A DNA stretch of 64,000 nt. It comes from Candidatus Latescibacterota bacterium. GTDB lineage: Bacteria > Latescibacterota > UBA2968 > UBA8231. Shown piece after piece: positions 38,216 to 47,407 of this stretch (position 1 is the stretch's first letter; each line of letters opens with the position of its first letter). The translations under genes were made by a program, and so were the position numbers. The notes beneath the pieces are model-generated. The model saw nothing but the letters and a program-made list of their open reading frames with translations, ran no database searches and was not told the origin of the DNA. The stretch lies in NCBI GenBank assembly GCA_965200315.1, contig OZ241362.1, forward strand, positions 1,696,001 through 1,760,000, written 5' to 3'.

Positions 38216-40183
38216 TTGCCAAAGGATTGGGCTGTGCTCTTACCTAAGTCAATAGGGTTCCTTTTACTCGTATTGCTGGGTGTCGGCCTCTGCCCTCAAA
38301 ATGTCTCCGGCGTGGTCATTTATAGAATTGGCACACCCTTTTCAACAACAGAAAAAGACAGTCTTGCAAGTCTTGGCATTGATTTCAGGGAAATCGACTG
38401 GTCGGTCTCCCAACTGCAGGATGGCCTCGACCTCGACTCTTTGCCGGCTGGTTCACTGCAACCTAACTACTTTGATGAGGACGAAGACATCGCCGCGACC
38501 CTATTGAGCAGAGGCGGCTGGGTACGGGTACGGCTTTTCGCCAACCAAAATAAACTGATTGGAGAGGTCTTGGTCGATGGCGATCCGACTACGGGCCTCA
38601 CATGGCCCGCCGTAGCTCCAGAGAGCTTTCAGGTGGGCACTTCGCGGACTCTCAGTGAACAATTGACTTTTGATTTGGGCGGGCGATTTCTCATCCGGGA
38701 AGTGAGATTCCGTCCTCTGGCGGAAAAGCCAGAGCACTTTGTGGAGCGGCTCTCCATTGGCTCTCTGGATGAGAGGCTGGTCAATATTGGCAACAGAATG
38801 TCCTATTTCCCGACCATAGCCGAGGTAAAAGAAAATACCGAACCTGAAGTCAGCGTGATTTTAGACCCACCGATATCGACTCAAACGATCCAATTACTGA
38901 TTCTTCGCGACACACCCAAGGAAATAGGACTCGCCGATTTTGAACTCTACGGCGGTGGTTTCGTAGCCCGAGCCTCGTATGAGTCCGAAGTAGTCGATCT
39001 AGGCGGCTTGGCCAGTTGGGGTGAAATTCGCTGGTCGGGCCGGCAAGATACGGACGCCCGGGTCGATATCCGCACTCGGACAGGCGCAGACCCACATCCC
39101 GACATTTTTTGGCAACTGCGACCCGAGCAGCGGGACAGCGTACAATTTCGCGATGGCGGTGGCGACTTGACCCTGAGCGAATACAAGCACCGCTACAGCA
39201 AGCTGCTCGATGTTCTCAAGCCGGTAGAACCCCGGGATAGAGTGAGCCCCGATACGGAAAACTGGAGTTTCTGGTCCAGTCCCTACCTGTTTGAAAACTC
39301 GGGGACCAGCATCGTTTCTCCTAGTCCTCGCCAATTTTTACAACTCAAAGTGGACTTCTTTTCCACAATCGAGGATGGGGGCAAGATCGATTATGTCGAG
39401 TTCAAGGCCTCAGTTCCGCCGGCCGTACACGGCTTAGTGGGAGAGATTTTCCCAGTGGATACCCAAGTGGGGCAAGCGACGCATTTCACTTACTTCATCC
39501 GGCCGAGCATCCGGGCCGGCGACACGGGCTTTGACGGCGTGGAGATTTCCACACCCTCGGGGGTGACTTCAGTCGATTCGCTACGTATAGATGGCATTAA
39601 CTACAACGACTTTATCTGGGCAAGGACTGCGGATGGCTTGGGTTTTGAGCTCAACTTTCCGCGCAAGCTGGAGCCGAACGACAGCGGGGCCCTGATCGAG
39701 GTGGTGTTCAACGCGCCGGTGCTGCGGGAAGTGGGCACCCTGTTTACTGGTAAAGTGTTCAATAGCGCCGAGCCGAATGAGGTGCGCCAGCGTATCAACC
39801 CGGGCAACGCCGCCGACGAGATTGAGAGCGACGGGATTGCAGTAAAAACATCGCTGAGCAGCTCACTGGTATTTGCACCACAGATTGGGCCCAATCCCTT
39901 TACGCCCAATGGCGATGCCATCAACGACATGGCGCATATTTCCTATAAGCTCTTGAGGGTGACATCCCAAGTTCCGGTCTCCGTGGCAATCTTCGACCTG
40001 TCCGGCCGACTACTTAAGCAAATATACGCTGGGGACATTCCCATCGGAGAGTATTCCCACTCTTGGGATGGGACTGACCACTTCAACCGGCTGGTTCCCC
40101 CAGGACTATACTTGTATCGAATAGCGGTAGACATCCAATCGGAAGAGGGTATCAAGAGTGGCGTTATAGCCGTGGCCTATTGA
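38216..40183 (+). CDS. Secreted protein with discoidin-like region and C-terminal FTPNGD/FlgD-Ig domain (paralog A)
   Basis: Signal peptide; DLGGRF.IREVRF; WSFWS..Y...SPSPR; PNPFTPNGDAIND...IFDLSGR...WDG.D....PPGLY; likely GTG start at 38234. Confidence 0.8.
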   Translation: MPKDWAVLLPKSIGFLLLVLLGVGLCPQNVSGVVIYRIGTPFSTTEKDSLASLGIDFREIDWSVSQLQDGLDLDSLPAGSLQPNYFDEDEDIAATLLSRGGWVRVRLFANQNKLIGEVLVDGDPTTGLTWPAVAPESFQVGTSRTLSEQLTFDLGGRFLIREVRFRPLAEKPEHFVERLSIGSLDERLVNIGNRMSYFPTIAEVKENTEPEVSVILDPPISTQTIQLLILRDTPKEIGLADFELYGGGFVARASYESEVVDLGGLASWGEIRWSGRQDTDARVDIRTRTGADPHPDIFWQLRPEQRDSVQFRDGGGDLTLSEYKHRYSKLLDVLKPVEPRDRVSPDTENWSFWSSPYLFENSGTSIVSPSPRQFLQLKVDFFSTIEDGGKIDYVEFKASVPPAVHGLVGEIFPVDTQVGQATHFTYFIRPSIRAGDTGFDGVEISTPSGVTSVDSLRIDGINYNDFIWARTADGLGFELNFPRKLEPNDSGALIEVVFNAPVLREVGTLFTGKVFNSAEPNEVRQRINPGNAADEIESDGIAVKTSLSSSLVFAPQIGPNPFTPNGDAINDMAHISYKLLRVTSQVPVSVAIFDLSGRLLKQIYAGDIPIGEYSHSWDGTDHFNRLVPPGLYLYRIAVDIQSEEGIKSGVIAVAY

Positions 40184-40225
40184 TTTTTAATCGCTCCCCA
40201 GATGAATAAATACGAGAGAGGCCCA

Positions 40226-42868
40226 ATGTATGAGAGAACATTCAAGCTGGTAAGCATTAGCTTGGTCTGCCTCCTAGGTAGGATGACCCTAGGGGACGTG
40301 GCTTGGGGGCAAGAGGGCTTCTCTATCCAAGACGGCGCGGCTGTCATCGAGTCTAGGGATCACTGGGCTCGTTGGCAGTCGGTGGCAAAGACCATCCAGA
40401 TCACCGAGGAGGGCGTAAAACCAGCCTTTATACGCAAAAGCACCAAGCTCGAAATAGATGGCGTTGAACAGGTAGTCCCCGGCATTAACGCGGTTTTGAA
40501 TGCCTCCGAGTTCGGCGGCGGGATATGGGAGGCCGGCTCTAACCGCTCGAGCGCAGAAAATCTCATGGACGGCAAGATGGACACCTACTGGGAGCCGGAT
40601 ACTTCCACCCCCCTTAGGGATTGGTGGGTGCAAATCGATTTAGGGCGGGCCGTATCAGCCAATAAGATAGTCCTCAAGTTTGTCGGAGAGGATCTGGGAG
40701 ACCCCTTTCTCCAATTCAAGGTCCTCACCTCTCAGGGGGAGACGATCATCGGCCCACTGGTGTTCAGGAAACGCTTCTCAACGGATAAACCCATCAAGAA
40801 TGAACGGGTCTTTGAAGTCGATTTGACCAACCAGTTGCCGACCAAATGGACACAGGTACGCGGGGATTTTACCGGCGATGTGATCAGATTCGTCTCTGTC
40901 GGTGTCACGGACAGCGATTTTGGCAAGGCAAGACAAATTTCCCAGTCCGTTTATGAAAGTCTCGACCCCGACCAGCAGGGCGATATAGAATACTTCCGCC
41001 GAGAAACTTCGGGAAGGCTGAGATTGTTGGCGGGACGCGAAGATTGGGAAGCCTTGGCCGGCGGGGACAGTCAAGGCCCTGTAGTCTATTATCGCCGCGA
41101 GTTGCCTCGATTGGCGGAACTGGAAGTTTGGTCGATCGGCGACAATATCGGCGTTGGAGTCCTAGAACGGGGTGGCAAAGTAACGAGTTGGGAAAACAAC
41201 GGGGCTGAGGATGTGGTAGTAGATGGGATAATATATAGCGTAGATAAGGCGTTGTACTGGCCCGCTCAAGGAGGATACAACCCCGATAGGCTGCTGCCTT
41301 CGGAGCCACCGGATGTCGAACGTGCTTTAGTAGTGGATCTGGGAGGGGCCTTCTTCCTGGACAATATCCGCGTACTCCAAGCCAGCAGTAGCCCCCCTGG
41401 GCCTTTTCGCGCCTATCGCATTGAAGTCTCAGACGGTTCTACCAATGCTGGTGGAAGCCTAGCCTGGAAAACAGTAGGATCGCTTGATCATATCAACGGA
41501 AATGAATCGTACCACGATTTTAAATTTCCACTCACCAAAGTTGAGCATTTTTCTTTTACTTATAAACTCCATATAAGAGCCGGACGCCATGGCTTGTCAG
41601 AGATTCAGTTTTTCGGTGAAGGATACATGCCCGAGGCTCGGATCGAATCGGTTTTTGACGGCCCTTCGGCATTCATAGAATTAGGGGCCACTCCCCAAAA
41701 TTTGGCGTCTATAGAATGGGATGCAGATACACCGCCGGGCACGGATATTATTCTCCAGACCCGGACCGGCAATACGGCCAAAACTTCTACGCTTTACTAT
41801 AAAAAGAACGGTGAGTTGTATCCGGGCACCGAAGAAGAAGCAGCGGCAGCGCACGCTACGGACAAAAAGTTCTTTGGGGATGCCTCTGTCGGACCCGTCG
41901 TTGCCCAGACCAACCCGGGCAGCGACTGGAGCGGTTGGAGTCAACGATATTTCAATTCGGGCGACAAAATTACCTCGCCCAGTCCGCGTAAATTCGTCGC
42001 CATCCGGGCGGCCTTTCTCACGGAAAATCCCCTCGTGGCCGCTACACTGCGCTGGGTGAAACTCAACTTTGTAACGCCAGTCGCCAAAACAATTATTGGC
42101 GAGGTGTTGCCTCCTCAACTCGAGACGATTGGCGCTGAGCAACTGTTTTCCTATTTCGTCCGCACGACCTTCGAGCCGGCCAACGAGGGTTTTGACGAGA
42201 TTCTCATTGAAGCTCCCCCTAGCGTCAAAATGAAATTCCAGCAAGCCCATCTGAGCCTCACAGGGCAACCGACTCAAACCTATACCGCTCAAAGCGAGGG
42301 ATTTGAGGTCGTGTCTGATGATTCCGATTCGCTTTGGGTGCGTTTGCCTACTCCCATCAAGGGCGAGGCTGCGTTGGTCGAGCTCCAGTTTGGGGCGACC
42401 ATATTCGATTTTACCACATTCTTCAATGGCTCTATCCGCCATTCTTCCATTCCCAATTCGTGGCAAAGAGTGGATCCGGGCGATGCAAACGAGATTACAG
42501 ATAGCGAAAAGACCGTGATCCTAGCCCTTGAGAGAGGAGCCGTACTGGGGGATATCGAAGTGAAAAATAAAATCTTTACCCCTAACGGCGACGGCATCAA
42601 CGATGATATGGCTGTGAGTTTTTCACTCATGCGGGTGAAGGCATCAACGCCGTTACAGGTGCAAATATACGATCTAGGTGGGCGTCTCGTTCACCAACTA
42701 CGCGAAGAGTACATAACTACGGGACGGCATTCCGTGGTTTGGACCGGAGTCGATGCCGCCGGGACTTTGGTGGCCCCTGGCATATATGTGCTGAGAATCG
42801 ACACTAAGGTCGATTCAAAATCGAGTAGAAATACCTCGGACTACCGCTTAGTACACGTCTCCTATTGA
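40226..42868 (+). CDS. Secreted protein with two discoidin-like regions and C-terminal FTPNGD/FlgD-Ig domain (paralog B)
   Basis: NLMDG...TYW...WVQIDLGR and VDLGG.F; WSGWS..Y...SPSPR; FTPNGDGIND...IYDLGGR...WTG.D....APGIY; ATG 40226 after GAGAGG. Confidence 0.8.
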   Translation: MYERTFKLVSISLVCLLGRMTLGDVAWGQEGFSIQDGAAVIESRDHWARWQSVAKTIQITEEGVKPAFIRKSTKLEIDGVEQVVPGINAVLNASEFGGGIWEAGSNRSSAENLMDGKMDTYWEPDTSTPLRDWWVQIDLGRAVSANKIVLKFVGEDLGDPFLQFKVLTSQGETIIGPLVFRKRFSTDKPIKNERVFEVDLTNQLPTKWTQVRGDFTGDVIRFVSVGVTDSDFGKARQISQSVYESLDPDQQGDIEYFRRETSGRLRLLAGREDWEALAGGDSQGPVVYYRRELPRLAELEVWSIGDNIGVGVLERGGKVTSWENNGAEDVVVDGIIYSVDKALYWPAQGGYNPDRLLPSEPPDVERALVVDLGGAFFLDNIRVLQASSSPPGPFRAYRIEVSDGSTNAGGSLAWKTVGSLDHINGNESYHDFKFPLTKVEHFSFTYKLHIRAGRHGLSEIQFFGEGYMPEARIESVFDGPSAFIELGATPQNLASIEWDADTPPGTDIILQTRTGNTAKTSTLYYKKNGELYPGTEEEAAAAHATDKKFFGDASVGPVVAQTNPGSDWSGWSQRYFNSGDKITSPSPRKFVAIRAAFLTENPLVAATLRWVKLNFVTPVAKTIIGEVLPPQLETIGAEQLFSYFVRTTFEPANEGFDEILIEAPPSVKMKFQQAHLSLTGQPTQTYTAQSEGFEVVSDDSDSLWVRLPTPIKGEAALVELQFGATIFDFTTFFNGSIRHSSIPNSWQRVDPGDANEITDSEKTVILALERGAVLGDIEVKNKIFTPNGDGINDDMAVSFSLMRVKASTPLQVQIYDLGGRLVHQLREEYITTGRHSVVWTGVDAAGTLVAPGIYVLRIDTKVDSKSSRNTSDYRLVHVSY

Positions 42869-42893
42869 TCTTCTGCGATCCGAGAGGAACAGA

Positions 42894-44618
42894 TTGAACA
42901 AACCACCGTTGGTCAAGACCGCGCTATTAGCGTTTTCTTGCCTATTGCAGGGAGTTACGTCGCCCCAAAGCTATGGGGAAACGATCGTCATTGGCGGCGG
43001 TCCAAGCACCCTAGCGTGGGATGACCATTATTCCGCGACATCGGTTATTGATTTCGACACCAAGCCCGGCCAGATTCAGCCTGCTCAGACAGGTCCCGAA
43101 GACAATATCGTCCTGAAAATATTTGAAAGAGGAGGGACCGTAACGTCGCCCAATGCGAAAATAATACTCGAAATATCCTCGAGTCTTTTGAATGAACGAT
43201 TAGCGCATATGGTCAGTGGCGATACGACCAAGGCTTTTGAAGTGAAGGGCGGTTCCCCCACAGGCGTTATATTCAGGATAGATTTGGGCGAGCGCTTCGG
43301 AGTCAATCGGATCAAGTTTTTTCCGCGGAAGGGATTTGAAGAGTTTTTTCTGAAGGGCTATGAACTGCTGTTGAACGACGGCAGCGAGGAGCAGAAAACC
43401 CTAGCCGGGACGCCGGATTTCAAGGTTTTTAAAACCGAGGAACGCAATCTCAAGTCGACCGTTGATCTGACCGTCCCCCTGCAGTTTGTTCGTTTCATAG
43501 AGGTGAAGCAACTGGTGCGAGGGGAGTGGGAAATTGACGAGTTTCAAGTCTTTGGTGCGGGTTTTGCCTCTACGTCATCATATACCTCAAAAGTATTTGA
43601 TCGAGAACAACCCGCGGTCTTTGGCGACATAACATGGGCTAGGGGGAGCATCGGCGAACCAACGAAAACGGATGCCATCCTATCGACTCGGAGTGGTAAC
43701 ACACCCGACCCCAACGATTCGCTGTCTTGGAGCGCTTGGTCCCCTCCCTATCCTGCCGGAGTCCACACAGCGATTGAATCACCAGCCCCGCGTCGTTTTT
43801 TTCAGTTCCATTTACTCCTTAAAACCAGCGACATCCTAGCAGCGGCGACGGTTGACTCCCTCGCCTTTGAGATGTCTCCTGCCCTAGCTGACTCACTCGT
43901 GGGCGAGATATGGCCCCAACGTGCTCTGATCGGGCAGAATACCCCCTTTACCTATGCCGTGAGAACCGTCAACAGCCGCGGCTTTAACCGTCTCGAACTA
44001 AAAACTATGGCACCGGTAAATGTAGTGCGCTCTGTACAAATAGACGGAACCGATGTCGAATGGGAAAAGACGGATACAGAAGACGGGGTCCAAATTAGCT
44101 TCCCCCAGATTGTGGGAGACCGCACCTTACGAGTGGTTTTTGAGAATGTGGCTTTGCAGTACAATACCTTTTTTGCTGGCAGAGTCTCCGATAGCCAAGG
44201 CCCGGACAATCTGCCCCAAGTAGTCACCGAGGGAGACGCAGTCTCTGATTTTGAGGCACAGGGAGATGATCTTTCGGTCGAGATCTCGGTGGGCAAAGAC
44301 CTCATTTATTCTGTGAAAGTGGCTCCCGTTCCTTTTACTCCCAACGGCGATGGCCTAAATGATGAAGTCTTGGTGACTTACGACATAGTCAACCTGACGG
44401 GTGGTGCTTTGGTTTCGGTGGGGGCATACGATCTTTCTGGAAGACGTATAAAGGCGATCTATTCAGGATTGGACCCCAGTAGGAGATACCAAAGGGTTTG
44501 GGATGGAACGGACGCGAGCGGTGCCAAAGTGCTACCCGGAATCTATTTGGTGCGAGTGGAAATTGATGCGGATTCAGGGTCCGAGAGTAAGACGGAAATT
44601 GTCCCAATAGTCTATTAA
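42894..44618 (+). CDS. Secreted protein with discoidin-like region and C-terminal FTPNGD/FlgD-Ig domain (paralog C)
   Basis: IDLGERFGVNRIKFFPR; WSAWS.PY...SPAPR; PFTPNGDGLND...YDLSGR...WDG.D....LPGIY. Confidence 0.8.
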   Translation: MNKPPLVKTALLAFSCLLQGVTSPQSYGETIVIGGGPSTLAWDDHYSATSVIDFDTKPGQIQPAQTGPEDNIVLKIFERGGTVTSPNAKIILEISSSLLNERLAHMVSGDTTKAFEVKGGSPTGVIFRIDLGERFGVNRIKFFPRKGFEEFFLKGYELLLNDGSEEQKTLAGTPDFKVFKTEERNLKSTVDLTVPLQFVRFIEVKQLVRGEWEIDEFQVFGAGFASTSSYTSKVFDREQPAVFGDITWARGSIGEPTKTDAILSTRSGNTPDPNDSLSWSAWSPPYPAGVHTAIESPAPRRFFQFHLLLKTSDILAAATVDSLAFEMSPALADSLVGEIWPQRALIGQNTPFTYAVRTVNSRGFNRLELKTMAPVNVVRSVQIDGTDVEWEKTDTEDGVQISFPQIVGDRTLRVVFENVALQYNTFFAGRVSDSQGPDNLPQVVTEGDAVSDFEAQGDDLSVEISVGKDLIYSVKVAPVPFTPNGDGLNDEVLVTYDIVNLTGGALVSVGAYDLSGRRIKAIYSGLDPSRRYQRVWDGTDASGAKVLPGIYLVRVEIDADSGSESKTEIVPIVY

Positions 44619-44656
44619 TTATTCCCATTTTACCTGAAAGCTAGGGTGAAATTCTC

Positions 44657-47368
44657 ATGCTGACCTGCCATATTTGCAACACCCTACTGCGCAGTATTAG
44701 TTCAGCTACCATAATTTACGCCTTTCTCTCGTCCATGTTAGCTTTCGACACTGACGTGCAAGCCCAAGATGTCGATCCGCTACGCATAAAAGGTGTGCGC
44801 CGAGGGGCCGAACTCACCTTTGAACCAACCGGATCCGGCGTACTGTTCGGCGCCTTGGATCCAGCGGTCAAAAAGTGGTACGTCCCGCAAGAACTTTTCT
44901 TAGAATATCGTTGGCAACAGTGGGAATACACCAACTACGCTAGGGATCACTATGATCGCTATGTAGATATCAATTTAGCCGGGGATTACTTCTACGACAT
45001 TTACGGTTCTTACATCACTAGAGGATGGTTGCTCTACGACTGGTCTCAGACGCAGCCCCAGCAAGGGGGCAGCAATTTATTCAAGACCCAGAAATTCCAA
45101 GATTGGTTCACCAACTTGGTCATTGCCTCGGATCAGAAGGGCCAACATAATTTAGCCATCACCATAGGCAATCAGATCCGCTCGACCCTTACCCCAATGA
45201 CCTTCTCAAAGCCAGCCATGGACGGGATCCAGGTAGACTACCAAGCCGACAAATACCAAGTCACGACGATCCTCTCGCGGATTTCTTCTCCCGGTGGGGC
45301 CGGTCCTCGCAATCCTGCGGTCAACCAAACGACCAGCCTGACAACGCTGATGGGTGGGCGAGCTGTTGCCCAAGTAGGCGATTTTATCAGCATCGGGGCC
45401 AACTATGTAAGTGCCCACAATTCCTTCCAACTCTTAGATGCCTTTGAAGGAACCCCTAGGAGTGGTTCGATCACTTCTAGTCAAAATGCTGAAAATATCA
45501 CCCAGCTCTTCGTCCGTCTGACCGACGATTCACCCGAAGATAACGAAGGTGGAGCTACTCTCTTCGCTTGGGATATGATCATAGAAGCCGAAGTCGAAAT
45601 CATCGATGAAGAGGGAGAACGGGGGTTTAGGCGGGAGGTTATCCGGGCCAGCGAAGCCGGTCTCAAACCCTCGCCTCAGGGCGGCTTTCAGCGCTTAGGT
45701 TTCTGGGAAGCTAGTGGCTCTGAGCAGATCGAATTAGTATACGATTTTTCCGAGGGAACCTACACCGGCCCCGACCCTTCGGAGATAAGAAGAGTGACTT
45801 TTGAACTGGTGGTTGCCAACGACTACAGAATCGAGGTGTCTTCAAACCGCCAGAATAATCGGCAAAATAACAACGTGTTTCTGCTGGCGGCCAGGGCCCA
45901 AGAAAACGTCAAAGATGGCTCCAATCTCAGAGTTCTCAAGATCCCGTACGGTCTGCCGACCGCCACCGAAATTTTCGGTTTTACTCTGGAGGCGAACGAT
46001 ATTGCGGGGCTTGATTTCTACGGCGAATTCGACCGCAGTAGGCGTTACCGAAAATATCCCAACCGGCAGCAGACAAAACACCTATCGGCTTTTGACCAAG
46101 GCGATGGCTGGATGTTGAATCTGTCGAGAACCGTTCAGCCGTGGTTCTTTTTTGGCGAGGCTTACAGTATGGACCACAATTATAATACAAGTGCTATCTT
46201 GGCCCGGGGCGAGGTCAACATAGATTACGAAGACCGAACGAGATTCTACTATGAACTCGTCGATGACAATGACGATCAGGATCGGTACCCCGATTGGCAG
46301 AGGATAAACGAAAGCATCGACTTGAATGTATTTCCCGGCTTGGACGAGAACGTCGATTTTATTTCCGACTTCAATCAAAACGACAGCGAAGATCTGCCCA
46401 ACTTAGTACCCGACTACGACGAGCCCTTTCTGCGCTATTCTACGGATCGCCCCGAGTATCTGTTCGGCATAGATATGAACAACAATATCTGGGTAGACCG
46501 GTTTGAAAACGACGATGAAGCAGATCTTCCCTACGGTAGGGATTTAAGTGGGTACAACCTTTATGCAGGCGTCAACATTACTCCAGAAATGAGATTGACG
46601 GTCGGCCGCACCGATGAGAGCCTCATTGCTGGCGATGGAGAAAACACCACCCATTATTTGCTTTTTACGCTGGAAAAGGACTACCCTGGACTAGGCAAGC
46701 TGAGGATTTTCGAGAACTTCAGACTGGCCAAGGACAATATAGAAAATGATCTCCGCCAATGGGACGAATTCGAGAGGCGAAACGTCCCTACCATTGATCC
46801 TCTGGCGGCCCGAAATACGTGGATAAATTCGTTCTATATAAGCCTCAACTATACCAAGCTGAGGAATCTAAATCTCATCAACAAGCTAAAATACGACCGC
46901 TGGCAGCAAAGGGAGAGACAACCCGATCTGCGACAGGACTTCGTTTTTGTCGGTCTGATCAATAAAATGGACTATGTTCTCAAATTCATTAATCTCGATA
47001 TCCAGCCAAAAATTAAAAACGAATTGAGGATAGAGTCTCCAGCGCTTAAATCAGATCCCAAACGAAAGGAAGACACCCTAATTTTTACTTTATTGGCCCG
47101 GTGGCCATTGTTTAATAACTCCACTATGCAGGCCGGCGTGGAGTACACTGTTTTCCAGCAGCTCAGGGATTCGGATGCAGCAGTCAAGGAAGGGCTGCTA
47201 GACGACTTCAGCGAAATTGTGGGCGCAGCCCAGTTCTCCAATAACTCAAACTACTTGGGCTACAATTTGACGACCCTGATGGGACTAAGGCTGACTAGAA
47301 GGGCCATAGACAACGAAACCGAAACGGGCAGAATGGCTTTTGCTACAGTATTTGCCGGGTTGGAGTAA
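44657..47368 (+). CDS. Large hypothetical protein, probably an outer-membrane beta-barrel with an acidic insert
   Basis: Signal ending VQA-Q; aromatic-rich N-terminus; alternating beta-strand patterns; DDNDDQD and DENVDFISDFNQND segments; C-terminal MAFATVFAGLE. Confidence 0.65.
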   Translation: MLTCHICNTLLRSISSATIIYAFLSSMLAFDTDVQAQDVDPLRIKGVRRGAELTFEPTGSGVLFGALDPAVKKWYVPQELFLEYRWQQWEYTNYARDHYDRYVDINLAGDYFYDIYGSYITRGWLLYDWSQTQPQQGGSNLFKTQKFQDWFTNLVIASDQKGQHNLAITIGNQIRSTLTPMTFSKPAMDGIQVDYQADKYQVTTILSRISSPGGAGPRNPAVNQTTSLTTLMGGRAVAQVGDFISIGANYVSAHNSFQLLDAFEGTPRSGSITSSQNAENITQLFVRLTDDSPEDNEGGATLFAWDMIIEAEVEIIDEEGERGFRREVIRASEAGLKPSPQGGFQRLGFWEASGSEQIELVYDFSEGTYTGPDPSEIRRVTFELVVANDYRIEVSSNRQNNRQNNNVFLLAARAQENVKDGSNLRVLKIPYGLPTATEIFGFTLEANDIAGLDFYGEFDRSRRYRKYPNRQQTKHLSAFDQGDGWMLNLSRTVQPWFFFGEAYSMDHNYNTSAILARGEVNIDYEDRTRFYYELVDDNDDQDRYPDWQRINESIDLNVFPGLDENVDFISDFNQNDSEDLPNLVPDYDEPFLRYSTDRPEYLFGIDMNNNIWVDRFENDDEADLPYGRDLSGYNLYAGVNITPEMRLTVGRTDESLIAGDGENTTHYLLFTLEKDYPGLGKLRIFENFRLAKDNIENDLRQWDEFERRNVPTIDPLAARNTWINSFYISLNYTKLRNLNLINKLKYDRWQQRERQPDLRQDFVFVGLINKMDYVLKFINLDIQPKIKNELRIESPALKSDPKRKEDTLIFTLLARWPLFNNSTMQAGVEYTVFQQLRDSDAAVKEGLLDDFSEIVGAAQFSNNSNYLGYNLTTLMGLRLTRRAIDNETETGRMAFATVFAGLE

Positions 47369-47407
47369 CTTACCTATGCACAGGAATACAGAGGAGACCT
47401 GAGCTAC

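Noticed and set aside
38216-44618. Flagellar hook-capping (flgD) genes
   Set aside because: Only the C-terminal Ig-like module resembles FlgD. The proteins have signal peptides and there are no flagellar genes nearby.
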